A stretch of DNA of 38,448 nucleotides from Deltaproteobacteria bacterium (GCA_037133255.1 JBAXON010000002.1:1-38448); one strand, 5' to 3'; shown: positions 8,157-16,529, counted from the stretch's first letter. Program-made: numbers and translations. The notes: generated by a model not told the origin, from the sequence alone.

Positions 8157-9677
8157 TTATTCAAAAACCGGGATTACGACTAATTTGAATACCCGGTCAG
8201 GATTCTTGGTAAAGACGATCATGAACGGTACTTGACCCATAGGTGGAATCCTGGCTTCCGAAAGATTGCTTGCCGGTGCTATAGAAAGTGCCGAGAAGAT
8301 TTTATCTTCGTCGAGTTTCTCCAATTTATCATCGGTAAGAACATTACCCGCAAGTGATGCCTGAGATGTTAAAAGCAATAATCCTTCCGAATCATAAAGT
8401 TCTCCTAACAATTTAACTTTGGATATGCCTGCGGTTGTTTTGTTTCTAACTATACCTTCAATAACCCTGATATTCCTGCCTAGGGAAGGATTCCTTATGA
8501 AACGCTGCTGTACGTCAATGAATTCGATCTTGCCTATATCCTGACTTTTTTGCTTCTTCTCGACAGTTAATACTTTATCGGCATAGGGAATATTAAAAGC
8601 AATCCACTGCCGCGCCTGATTTTTTTTCTCCGGGTAGAACCATAAAAAACCAGTGACCGTCAGGGAAAGAATTAGTAACACAATAATCAGAGCAATCCAG
8701 GTAATCTTATGGCTGTGGATGTCTTCTGGTTCAAATTCCTTTGTTTCTTCATTGCTGTTTTTATCAAGGCTTTTCGCGATTTCCATCCAATTTTGCTTTG
8801 GGTTGCTTTGCGCATTTTTGGTGTATGTATTATCCAGTACAAAAGGAGTTTTCTCCAATTTTCCCATGCTGATCGTATCGTCCGGAAATCCAGTCTTGAA
8901 TTGAATGTCAGATTGTAAATCCCGCTGTATGGGCATCTCAGGCGAAGACTCTTTTGCCGCGACCGGACGGACTTCCCCCCCTGCTATTGAGGATAAAAAA
9001 AGATCCAGCTCCTGTTTTTCACTATTTAAATCAAATAAATCATTTTCTCCGTCAATCTGAGCTGCCCATTCCCGGTAGCTTTGAATATCATCCAGAAGAA
9101 GGCCGCGTTTATTTTCATCGGTCATGTCTTCAGACAGAATGACATCTTCCAGACTATTATAAATTGTCAAAAGCAAGGTCATGGAGGCATGGCGGGAATC
9201 TCTTCCTTTTACTCGAATATACTTTCCCAGAAAACGAAGGATCTGTAAAAATCCCAAAATAGTAGAATTGCCTTCATTTAACGCTTGTAATTTGTTAATC
9301 TCGGCATCGTACCTATCAAGTATCTCGCTGTCAATTTCCTCTTCCAGCGAAAGGATAATATTTTTAATGTCTTCTAATGGCGAAGACGCGGCGATGTTGG
9401 ATGAAGAAGGTTCGGCCTGCGATTGACTAAATCTTCTAATGTCTGCCAGTTCCGCGTTGAGGATGATTTCTTCTACTGTGGGTTGCTCTTTGGGTTTTGC
9501 TTCTAATTTTAATTCTTTGTTATCATCGCCAAATATTGCACTAAAACGTTTTTCTATTTCACTGATAACTTTTGTTTGATCATTTTCGCTATCTTTCTTG
9601 CTTACTTCCGCACCAGGCAAGCTATCGAGGCGACCTTCATTTCCTTGCAGAAGTGACGAATCTTCATCATTTTTCAT
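8157..9677 (-). CDS. Membrane protein with an acidic cytoplasmic N-region, one TM helix and a DUF3426-like C-terminal domain
   Basis: TM segment ITWIALIIVLLILSLTVTGFLWF. The C-terminus (IRVIEGIVRNKTTAGISKVKLLGELYDSEGLLLL…VPFMIVF) resembles DUF3426. I prefer the start at ATG 9677..9675, which has an AGGAG SD; the track start at 9707 has none. Confidence 0.55.
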   Translation of the reverse strand: MKNDEDSSLLQGNEGRLDSLPGAEVSKKDSENDQTKVISEIEKRFSAIFGDDNKELKLEAKPKEQPTVEEIILNAELADIRRFSQSQAEPSSSNIAASSPLEDIKNIILSLEEEIDSEILDRYDAEINKLQALNEGNSTILGFLQILRFLGKYIRVKGRDSRHASMTLLLTIYNSLEDVILSEDMTDENKRGLLLDDIQSYREWAAQIDGENDLFDLNSEKQELDLFLSSIAGGEVRPVAAKESSPEMPIQRDLQSDIQFKTGFPDDTISMGKLEKTPFVLDNTYTKNAQSNPKQNWMEIAKSLDKNSNEETKEFEPEDIHSHKITWIALIIVLLILSLTVTGFLWFYPEKKNQARQWIAFNIPYADKVLTVEKKQKSQDIGKIEFIDVQQRFIRNPSLGRNIRVIEGIVRNKTTAGISKVKLLGELYDSEGLLLLTSQASLAGNVLTDDKLEKLDEDKIFSALSIAPASNLSEARIPPMGQVPFMIVFTKNPDRVFKLVVIPVFE

Positions 9678-10080
9678 TTCGATTGCTCCTGTTTTATAAG
9701 ATGCCATGGCATAGTCAATGGATACAATATACGATTATTTTCCACAACCTGTCTATAACAAAGATTTTTAAAAAAGTTGGGTAAATATCTAAGCCCCATA
9801 TTGTTAACCTATGATATTTAAGAATTTTTATCAAGTATAGAACAGGATGGTATTAGCTATGTAAAAAGATGTAAAAGATGGTTGAAACCAACAAAGAAAT
9901 AGTGTAATTGCCAAATATAAATTGTCGGATAGTAATTTTTGCAGGGGATAAAGATCACGTAGTCAGCCCTGGATCAAGTGTTTACTCTGATAGAATAAAA
10001 AAATCTAATCCGAAAATATTATTTTTCCTACTCCTCATCCTCAATCGTGGAGTAAGAAGACGAGTTAATTGCTAAAATAT

Positions 10081-10100
10081 ATACTCGTTATTACGAGTAT
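10081..10100. promoter_or_regulatory. Inverted repeat ATACTCGT-N4-ACGAGTAT (operator candidate) just downstream of a TAAAAT -10-like box
   Basis: Perfect 8-bp arms at 10081-10088 and 10093-10100. It lies 29 nt upstream of the carboxyltransferase ATG, and TAAAAT is at 10073-10078. Confidence 0.3.
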
Positions 10101-10128
10101 GATAATATTTATATTTTTTGGAGGAACT

Positions 10129-11802
10129 ATGGCTGAAGAGACAAAAAAGATGACTAGAGCGGAACGGCAGGAAAGAGATAAAGTCGCTAATCTGAAATAT
10201 TGGGAAGAGCAGGATTCTCTTTTATTGAAGCATCGGGAAGAAGCCTATAACATCGGCGGGGACGACCAGACTGCAAGGTTGTTAAAGCAGGGTAAAAAGC
10301 CGATGCGTGACCTGATTAAAAAGCTTATTGATCCGGGCACAGATTTTTTTGAGGTTGGTCTGGACGCGGGATATAATATCGGCGAGAAAAAACTCTACGG
10401 CGGTGTTATTTATGAAGAAGAGAAACGTGGTCATATACCTGGCGGAGGCGTTATCACAGGAGTGGGGTCAATTCATGGCAAAGACTGCATGATTTTTGCT
10501 AATGAAAATCGATTTGCCGCAGGAACTTATTTCCCGATTACTTTAAAGAAGCATATGCGCGCGCAGGCCATTGCCGAACAATGCGGAATCCCCTGTATTT
10601 ATATTGCCGATTCCGGCGGAATCAATTTGCCACTGCAATTGGGTTGCTTTGCTGATGACGGCCACTTCGGAACCATGTTTTATAATATGTGCCGCATGTC
10701 CTCAAGAGGCATTAAGCAATACACACTTTCTACGGGGGGAAATACAGCCGGTGGTGCCTACATGGTTTATCTGGCCACTGAATCGATAATGATTGAAAAA
10801 CTGGCATTTGCATTTTTGGCCGGCCCACCCATGGTTAAATCGGCAATCGGAGAGACGGTTTCTCAGGAAGATTTAGGCGGAGCTTACGTTCATACCCAGC
10901 ATTCCGGTGGTTGCGACCATTTTGTAAAATCGCAGGAAGAAGGAATTGGAAAGCTGCGAGCGATGATTGAATTTGAACCATCACAAAAAATTAATATCGA
11001 CAGGCGGGAATCCCGCGAACCAAAATTTGATTTCAAAGAAATGATGCGCACAAGTCCCGTTGATACTTATCAGCAGATCAACATCAAAGACACGATAAAA
11101 TGTCTGGCTGATGACAGTTACTTTCATGAATATAAGGCAACGTATGGCCCCGGACGCGGAGATTCTATCGTCTGCGGCAAAATGTGGCTGAAAGGAATTC
11201 CGATTGGTGTAGTTGCCTCCAATGCCAGTGGAGTTATCTACATAGAGGCAGCCAGAAAAGCTACAGAGTGGATGATCCGCTGCGGCAATTCCAAATTGCC
11301 TGTTTTGTTTTTGCAGGGTTCGCCCGGTTATATGGTGGGCAAGTCTGAAGAATGGGGTGGCATCGGCAAATACGGCTCTGATATGGTTCGGGCATGCTCT
11401 TGCCTAGAAGCGCCAAAAATAACTTATGTTATCGGGCCGGATCACGGCGCTGCCAATTATGGAATGTGCGGCAGGGCTTTCAAGCCGAGGTTTGCCTTTA
11501 CGAACATGAGGGGCAGAACATCCGTTATGTCCGGCAATACGGCAGGATTTGTTGTGGAAACAATTCGCAGGAAGAACATTGAAGCTAAGGGTGGTGCCGT
11601 AAACGAAGAGGAAATGGAAAAATTCCGTCAGATGATGCGGGATCGCTATAGCAATGAAGGCCATCCCTTTTATACAGGGTCTCTTGTGTTTCATGATGGA
11701 GTAATTGCATTTAGTGAGGCTCGCGATAAACTGGCACGCGCTTTTGAAATTGCCTTACGTATTCCGGTAAGAGGATCCGATTGGGGAGACCTCAAATTTT
11801 AA
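10129..11802 (+). CDS. Acyl-CoA carboxylase carboxyltransferase subunit, 3-methylcrotonyl-/geranyl-CoA carboxylase beta-like
   Basis: Strong resemblance to the MCC-beta/GcdA family: GTYFPITLKKHMRAQAIAEQCGIPCIYIADSGG, TAGGAY, FLAGPPMVKSAIGE…LGGA.VH, GAANYGMCGRAF.PRF, and the C-terminal GHPFYTGS…HDGVI. I moved the start to ATG 10129, which follows GGAGGAAC. The track's 20-aa extension has no SD. Confidence 0.85.
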   Translation: MAEETKKMTRAERQERDKVANLKYWEEQDSLLLKHREEAYNIGGDDQTARLLKQGKKPMRDLIKKLIDPGTDFFEVGLDAGYNIGEKKLYGGVIYEEEKRGHIPGGGVITGVGSIHGKDCMIFANENRFAAGTYFPITLKKHMRAQAIAEQCGIPCIYIADSGGINLPLQLGCFADDGHFGTMFYNMCRMSSRGIKQYTLSTGGNTAGGAYMVYLATESIMIEKLAFAFLAGPPMVKSAIGETVSQEDLGGAYVHTQHSGGCDHFVKSQEEGIGKLRAMIEFEPSQKINIDRRESREPKFDFKEMMRTSPVDTYQQINIKDTIKCLADDSYFHEYKATYGPGRGDSIVCGKMWLKGIPIGVVASNASGVIYIEAARKATEWMIRCGNSKLPVLFLQGSPGYMVGKSEEWGGIGKYGSDMVRACSCLEAPKITYVIGPDHGAANYGMCGRAFKPRFAFTNMRGRTSVMSGNTAGFVVETIRRKNIEAKGGAVNEEEMEKFRQMMRDRYSNEGHPFYTGSLVFHDGVIAFSEARDKLARAFEIALRIPVRGSDWGDLKF

Positions 11803-11826
11803 CAGTAAATAGCAAGGAGAAATAAA

Positions 11827-12624
11827 ATGGCTGATGTCTTATTACAGGAGAAAAAAGGCGAAGGGATTTTACTTTTGACATTAAACCGCCCTGAAGCCAT
11901 GAATTGTTTTAGCTTTGAATTGCTTGCGGCATTAGGTGACGCTGTTCGCGAAGCTAATTTCGATAGCAGTTTGCGCTGTTTGATCATAACAGGTGCCGGC
12001 GGTGATGACCCCAAGAAAGCATCATTTTCTACAGGAGCGGATTTAAAAGAGCGCAGGACCATGACACAAGATCAAGTCCGCCGCTTTATTTTTACCATCC
12101 GTAATGTATTTACTTCCGTGGAAAATTTACGTGTGCCGGTGATTGCCGCAATTAACGGGTTTGCTTTTGGCGGTGGAACGGAGCTGGCTCTAGCCTGCGA
12201 CTTGCGTATTGCCGCAAGTAATGTCGTTATGGGATTAACGGAAACATCTCTGGCGATCATTCCAGGAGCGGGTGGAACTCAGCGTCTGCCTCGAATCGTC
12301 GGTATTGCCAAAGCCAAGGAATTGATATTTACAGCTCGCCGTATTACGGCTGCAACCGCCCTGGAAATCGGGCTGGTTAACAAGGTTGTGGAGCCGGGGA
12401 AGTTAATTGATTCCGCCTGCGAGTTGGCTCAAGAAATTGCCGCCAATGGTCCAATTGCCGTGGCGCAAGCGAAGTTTGCGATAAATTGCGGCATGGATGC
12501 GTCATTGTCAGTTGCCTTGCCGCTGGAATCGAAAGCTTATGAAGTGATAATTCCCAGCAAAGACAGGGTAGAGGCATTAACCGCATTTGCGGAAAAAAGG
12601 AAACCAAATTTCAAAGGCGAATAA
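11827..12624 (+). CDS. Enoyl-CoA hydratase (methylglutaconyl-CoA hydratase-like crotonase)
   Basis: 265 aa with LTLNRPEAMN, VIAAINGFAFGGGTELALACDLRIA, IIPGAGGTQRLPR and FAEKRKPNFKGE. It follows the CT subunit as LiuC follows LiuB. Confidence 0.8.
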   Translation: MADVLLQEKKGEGILLLTLNRPEAMNCFSFELLAALGDAVREANFDSSLRCLIITGAGGDDPKKASFSTGADLKERRTMTQDQVRRFIFTIRNVFTSVENLRVPVIAAINGFAFGGGTELALACDLRIAASNVVMGLTETSLAIIPGAGGTQRLPRIVGIAKAKELIFTARRITAATALEIGLVNKVVEPGKLIDSACELAQEIAANGPIAVAQAKFAINCGMDASLSVALPLESKAYEVIIPSKDRVEALTAFAEKRKPNFKGE

Positions 12625-12655
12625 GCCATAATATTATAAAAACGGAGAATAAATT

Positions 12656-13843
12656 ATGACTGAATATGATTATTGGAAAATATTTCCCCGAATGCCGAAA
12701 AAGGTAACCATTGGAGATATAACGATTCGGGATGGTTTTCAGCATTGCGAGAAATTCATATCCACGGAAGCGAAAATATTTTACGGGCAGGAAATGATCC
12801 TTGCCGGTTGCCGTGATCTGGAAGTTACCAATCTGGGATCGCCAAAAACAACGCCCCAGTTTAAAGATGCCGATGAGGTTATGAAGGCCATTCGTGATGA
12901 CCAATTTAAAAAACGTGCCTCGAAGGCAGGAATTAATCTGGATAAGGACATCATCTTAACATGTGTGACAATCCGGGAAGTTGCTGTGGATCGGGCAATT
13001 GAGATGAAAAAAAATGGTTATGGCCCCGACAGGATTTTGATGATGGTTTCTACCGATCCAGAGCATCACTTCGCCAATTCTGGCACTACTTTGACTCAGT
13101 ACTGGCGTGAGGCTGAAAGATGCATTAAAAAGGCGCGAGATGCAGGTATTCAAATGTGTGGTACCGTAAGCACAATTTGGGGCAGTCCCATCAGCGGTGC
13201 CACGAAAATGGAAGATGCGGTAGAATTCACCAAACGATGGTTTCAGATCGGAGCTCACGATGTTGAGCATGCCGATCATGACGGTTCGGCCAATGCCGCC
13301 GATGTCTACCGGTATTTTTCGATGGTTATGGACGCGATGCCCAACCCGGAGGCGCACCTGTGTCATCTTCACGAGACTAAACGAATTGCCTCTTCTTCCA
13401 TCCTGGCTGCCCTGCAGGCTGGTATCTGCCGCTTCGAGGCAACGCTAGGTGGTTTGGGCGGGCAGCCGGCCAATTTCCTTGATGATTGTCCGATTAAAGG
13501 CACGGGTGAATATTATTATGATCCAAGATATGTCGGTCTTGTTTGCATGGAAGACCTGCTGGTACAGATTGACGAACTGGGCATCAAACACGGATATGAT
13601 GTGAACCGAGTTCTCTTGCTGGGTAACAAAATGGAAAAAACCATGGGGGCCAGACTTCGATCAGAGGCGATCATTAACGGGCGTACAATTAAAGCAGGAC
13701 ACATGGAACATGCGCGCCCCGGATTGAAAAAACTGATTGAAAAAGAGGGAGAAAAAATAGGGCAGCAGATTCCGCCGGACTGGGAAGGTGATGTGGTTCT
13801 GTCTGACAAGTGGGGTCCTGCGGATCCACTCTGGAAAAAATAA
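12656..13843 (+). CDS. Divergent DRE-TIM metallolyase (HMGL-like / 'pyruvate carboxyltransferase' domain) protein
   Basis: 395 aa with an N-terminal ITIRDGFQ motif, an HLHET (HxH) motif and GGLGGQP. These parallel HMG-CoA lyase, but the substrate-loop motif and a roughly 90-aa C-terminal extension are atypical. Confidence 0.65.
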   Translation: MTEYDYWKIFPRMPKKVTIGDITIRDGFQHCEKFISTEAKIFYGQEMILAGCRDLEVTNLGSPKTTPQFKDADEVMKAIRDDQFKKRASKAGINLDKDIILTCVTIREVAVDRAIEMKKNGYGPDRILMMVSTDPEHHFANSGTTLTQYWREAERCIKKARDAGIQMCGTVSTIWGSPISGATKMEDAVEFTKRWFQIGAHDVEHADHDGSANAADVYRYFSMVMDAMPNPEAHLCHLHETKRIASSSILAALQAGICRFEATLGGLGGQPANFLDDCPIKGTGEYYYDPRYVGLVCMEDLLVQIDELGIKHGYDVNRVLLLGNKMEKTMGARLRSEAIINGRTIKAGHMEHARPGLKKLIEKEGEKIGQQIPPDWEGDVVLSDKWGPADPLWKK

Positions 13844-13878
13844 AGTCACATTTAAAAATTATTAAGGAGGAATATAAA

Positions 13879-14094
13879 ATGGCAGTTGATATCGTAGCAC
13901 ACATGCCGGGAACGATTTCGGAGATTCTGGTTAAAGTAGGAGATAAGGTTCAGGCTGATGATGAGTTGATGATTTTGGAGGCCATGAAAATGGAAAATCC
14001 CATTTGCGCGAAGGCCGCAGGTGTCGTCAAAGAAATCAAAGTTAAGGAAAAAGACAAAGTCGCCACCAATCAGATACTCCTTGTATTAGAGTAA
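13879..14094 (+). CDS. Free-standing biotin carboxyl carrier (biotinyl domain only)
   Basis: 71 aa with the canonical biotinylation motif EAMKMEN and flanking beta-hairpin pattern (GTISEILVKVGDKV…G.VKEIKVKEKDKV). ATG 13879 is preceded by AAGGAGG. The track's 13810 start is an upstream extension overlapping the previous gene. Confidence 0.85.
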   Translation: MAVDIVAHMPGTISEILVKVGDKVQADDELMILEAMKMENPICAKAAGVVKEIKVKEKDKVATNQILLVLE

Positions 14095-14100
14095 TAACAT

Positions 14101-14134
14101 GAAAGCTCTCTGCTTACCAAAGCAGGGAGCTTTC
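14101..14134 (+). terminator. Very stable intercistronic stem-loop (15-bp stem, ACCA loop) with no U-tract; an attenuator, processing or stabiliser element rather than a classical terminator
   Basis: GAAAGCTCTCTGCTT-ACCA-AAGCAGGGAGCTTTC forms 14 Watson-Crick pairs plus 1 G:U. It starts 7 nt after the BCCP stop and ends 26 nt before the HMG-CoA lyase ATG. Confidence 0.45.
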
Positions 14135-14159
14135 ATCATTAGTGAAACGACAATTCCTT

Positions 14160-15068
14160 ATGGGAAAAGTGAAAATTATTGAGGTCGGGCCGCGTGACGG
14201 TCTGCAAAATATTCAAACATTTGTCCCCACGGATAAAAAAATCCTGCTTATCAAAAAGCTTGCCGCTTGTGGCTTTAAAGAAATTCAAATCGGTTCTTTT
14301 GTGGCACCAAGAGCCATTCCACAATTTCGCAATATAAAAGATGTAGCCCAGGGAATTAAATCATTGAAAGGAGTTGTTCTTTCAACGCTGATTCCCAATG
14401 AGCGCGGCGCACAGGAAGCAATTGCCTGCGGCATCAAAAAACTCATCTTTTTCTTTTCTGTCAGCCGCAAGCACAATTGCTGCAATGTCGGGCAGACACC
14501 GCAGCAATCATTAAAAGAATTGCAAAGTATTTGCAAGACATTCCTTCCTGATCCATCCATATCATTGCGTGTAGATTTAGCCACCGCTTTCGGCTGTCCG
14601 TTTGCAGGAAACATTACCAATGCTGCCGTTTTGCGCATGGTTGAAAAAGTTGCCGCCTGCGGCATTCAGGAAATAACTCTTTGTGACACAGTAGGCTTTG
14701 GCAATCCCCGGATGGTGGAAGAAAAATTCGGCGCATGCCTCAGGCTTTTTCCCCGGATAAACTTCGGGGCGCACTTTCATAACACGCGGGGGCTGGCACT
14801 GGCCAATACACTGCGTGCCTACGATACAGGCATTCGCTCCTTCGATGCGGCGGCGGGGGGATTAGGCGGCTGCCCTTACGCACCTGGCTCTTCGGGCAAT
14901 GTTGCCACGGAAGAAATGGTTTTTCTATTTGAAGAAATGGGCATAAAAACCGGGGTTGATTTAAAAAAGCTTCTCGATGTTTGTTTGTTTTTGCAGAAAA
15001 CATTACCGCAGGCAAAATTGGCCAGCTCCCTCTACCTTGCCGGCTTACCCAGTATAAAACATAAATAG
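14160..15068 (+). CDS. Hydroxymethylglutaryl-CoA lyase
   Basis: VKIIEVGPRDGLQN, ITLCDTVGFGNP, HFHNTRGLALANTL and AAGGLGGCPYAPG are canonical HMGL motifs. The start is either ATG 14160 or the track's GTG 14142. Confidence 0.85.
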   Translation: MGKVKIIEVGPRDGLQNIQTFVPTDKKILLIKKLAACGFKEIQIGSFVAPRAIPQFRNIKDVAQGIKSLKGVVLSTLIPNERGAQEAIACGIKKLIFFFSVSRKHNCCNVGQTPQQSLKELQSICKTFLPDPSISLRVDLATAFGCPFAGNITNAAVLRMVEKVAACGIQEITLCDTVGFGNPRMVEEKFGACLRLFPRINFGAHFHNTRGLALANTLRAYDTGIRSFDAAAGGLGGCPYAPGSSGNVATEEMVFLFEEMGIKTGVDLKKLLDVCLFLQKTLPQAKLASSLYLAGLPSIKHK

Positions 15069-15109
15069 TAAATCGCATGCTCCTCCCATTTTTCAATGCG
15101 GAATATTTC

Positions 15110-15138
15110 TTGACAAGCAAAAATAGTCAGCATATACA
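15110..15138 (+). promoter_or_regulatory. Candidate sigma70 promoter for the acyl-CoA dehydrogenase gene
   Basis: TTGACA (15110-15115), a 17-nt spacer, then TATACA (15133-15138). Confidence 0.35.
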
Positions 15139-15204
15139 CGCAAACATCCAAAACAATAGCTTATTTTATAAAATATAAAAAAAATAATTAGTGGGGGGAT
15201 TGCA

Positions 15205-16362
15205 ATGGATTTCTGGTTGAATGAAGAGCAGAAAATGCTGCGCTACAACGTCCGCGAATTTGCTGAAAAAGAGATCGCTCCGGTGGCAATTGAGCTTGAC
15301 GAAAAAGAAGAATTTTCCTATGACCTGACCAAAAAGATGGCCGCCCTCGGCCTCTTTGGGATCTATGTGCCTGCCGAATACGGTGGTGCCGGTATGGACT
15401 ATCTATCCTATGTTATCGCAGTTGAGGAAATCTGCAGGATTGACGGCTCTAATGGCGCGACTGTAGCCGCCGGCAATTCCCTGGGCATAGGTCCAATTTA
15501 TTATTACGGAAGTGAAAAGCAGAAAGCAGAGTGGCTGCCGCGCCTCTGTAGCGGTGAGATATTGGCCTCTTTCGGACTTACCGAACCAGATGCCGGTTCC
15601 GATGCCGGCGCGAGCAAGACCAACGCCAAGCTAGACAAGGGTCAGTGGGTGATTAACGGAAGTAAAATTTTCATCACCAATTCAACCAGTAAAATGGCAG
15701 GCGTTTGCACAGTGCAAGCCATCACCGGTACAAAAGGTGACAAGAAGGAAGTCTCCTGCATCCTCGTTCCCAATGGCACTGCCGGATTTGCCACTAAAAA
15801 GATGACAATGAAAATGATGTGGCGGTCATCCGATACGGGTGAACTTTATTTTGATGACTGCAAGGTGCCCGAAGAAAATCTGTTGGGGAAACGCGGTGAA
15901 GGCTTTCACCAAATGCTCCAGACGCTCGATAACGGCAGGCTCGCCATTGCCGCTATGGGTCTGGGCGGCGCGCAGGGAGCCTATGAACTGGCGATGAAAT
16001 ATGCCAAGGAACGCAAACAGTTTGGCAAACCAATATCCACTTTCCAGGTCAACGCCTTCAAGCTTGCCGATATGGCAACCGAGATTGAAGCAGCGCGCAA
16101 TTTATTGTATAAGGCCTGCTACCTCAAAGACCAGGGCAAGCCTTTCGGTAAGGAAGCGGCCATGGCCAAACTCTATTGCTCGGAAGTAATGGGTCGCGTA
16201 GTGGCGGAAGCCGTGCAGATTCATGGCGGGTATGGCCTGATGAAGGAATACAACATCGAACGATTCTACCGTGACCACAAGCTGCTGACCATCGGTGAGG
16301 GGACATCTGAAGTCCAGCGCATCGTCATCTCAAGAAAAATAGGCTGCTACGATACTGATTAA
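15205..16362 (+). CDS. Acyl-CoA dehydrogenase (short/branched-chain, isovaleryl-/butyryl-CoA dehydrogenase-like)
   Basis: 385 aa with the ACAD signatures GLTEPDAGSDA, FITNS, QFGKPI..FQ and IYEGTSE-like IGEGTSEVQR. Confidence 0.9.
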   Translation: MDFWLNEEQKMLRYNVREFAEKEIAPVAIELDEKEEFSYDLTKKMAALGLFGIYVPAEYGGAGMDYLSYVIAVEEICRIDGSNGATVAAGNSLGIGPIYYYGSEKQKAEWLPRLCSGEILASFGLTEPDAGSDAGASKTNAKLDKGQWVINGSKIFITNSTSKMAGVCTVQAITGTKGDKKEVSCILVPNGTAGFATKKMTMKMMWRSSDTGELYFDDCKVPEENLLGKRGEGFHQMLQTLDNGRLAIAAMGLGGAQGAYELAMKYAKERKQFGKPISTFQVNAFKLADMATEIEAARNLLYKACYLKDQGKPFGKEAAMAKLYCSEVMGRVVAEAVQIHGGYGLMKEYNIERFYRDHKLLTIGEGTSEVQRIVISRKIGCYDTD

Positions 16363-16405
16363 AGATTTCTTCCTGCCAGGCGTGTGCAGTGTGGCAATCT
16401 AAACA

Positions 16406-16431
16406 GAACAAGGGGTTGCAACCCCTTGTTC
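16406..16431. terminator. Bidirectional hairpin between convergent genes
   Basis: GAACAAGGGGTTGCAACCCCTTGTTC is a perfect 26-nt palindrome (11-12 bp stem). It lies 44 nt after the ACAD stop and 99 nt after the stop of minus-strand gene 16530-17354. Flanking U-tracts are weak. Confidence 0.55.
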
Positions 16432-16529
16432 AACGAGGAGAGTATGAGATTGCTTCGGTTGTTACACTCCCTCGCAAAGACACAATTACACAGCCGCCAG
16501 GTGAGGGTAACTTTAAATGACCAAATAAC

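Noticed and set aside
12656-13843. The 395-aa DRE-TIM protein as a transcarboxylase-5S/OadA-type carboxyltransferase that would make the cluster an oxaloacetate-driven transcarboxylase.
   Set aside because: Its motifs (HLHET…GGLGGQP) follow the HMG-CoA-lyase pattern rather than the 5S/OadA pattern, and no carbamylated-Lys 'KDMAG'-like motif is visible. I kept it only as a low-probability alternative inside the cluster finding.
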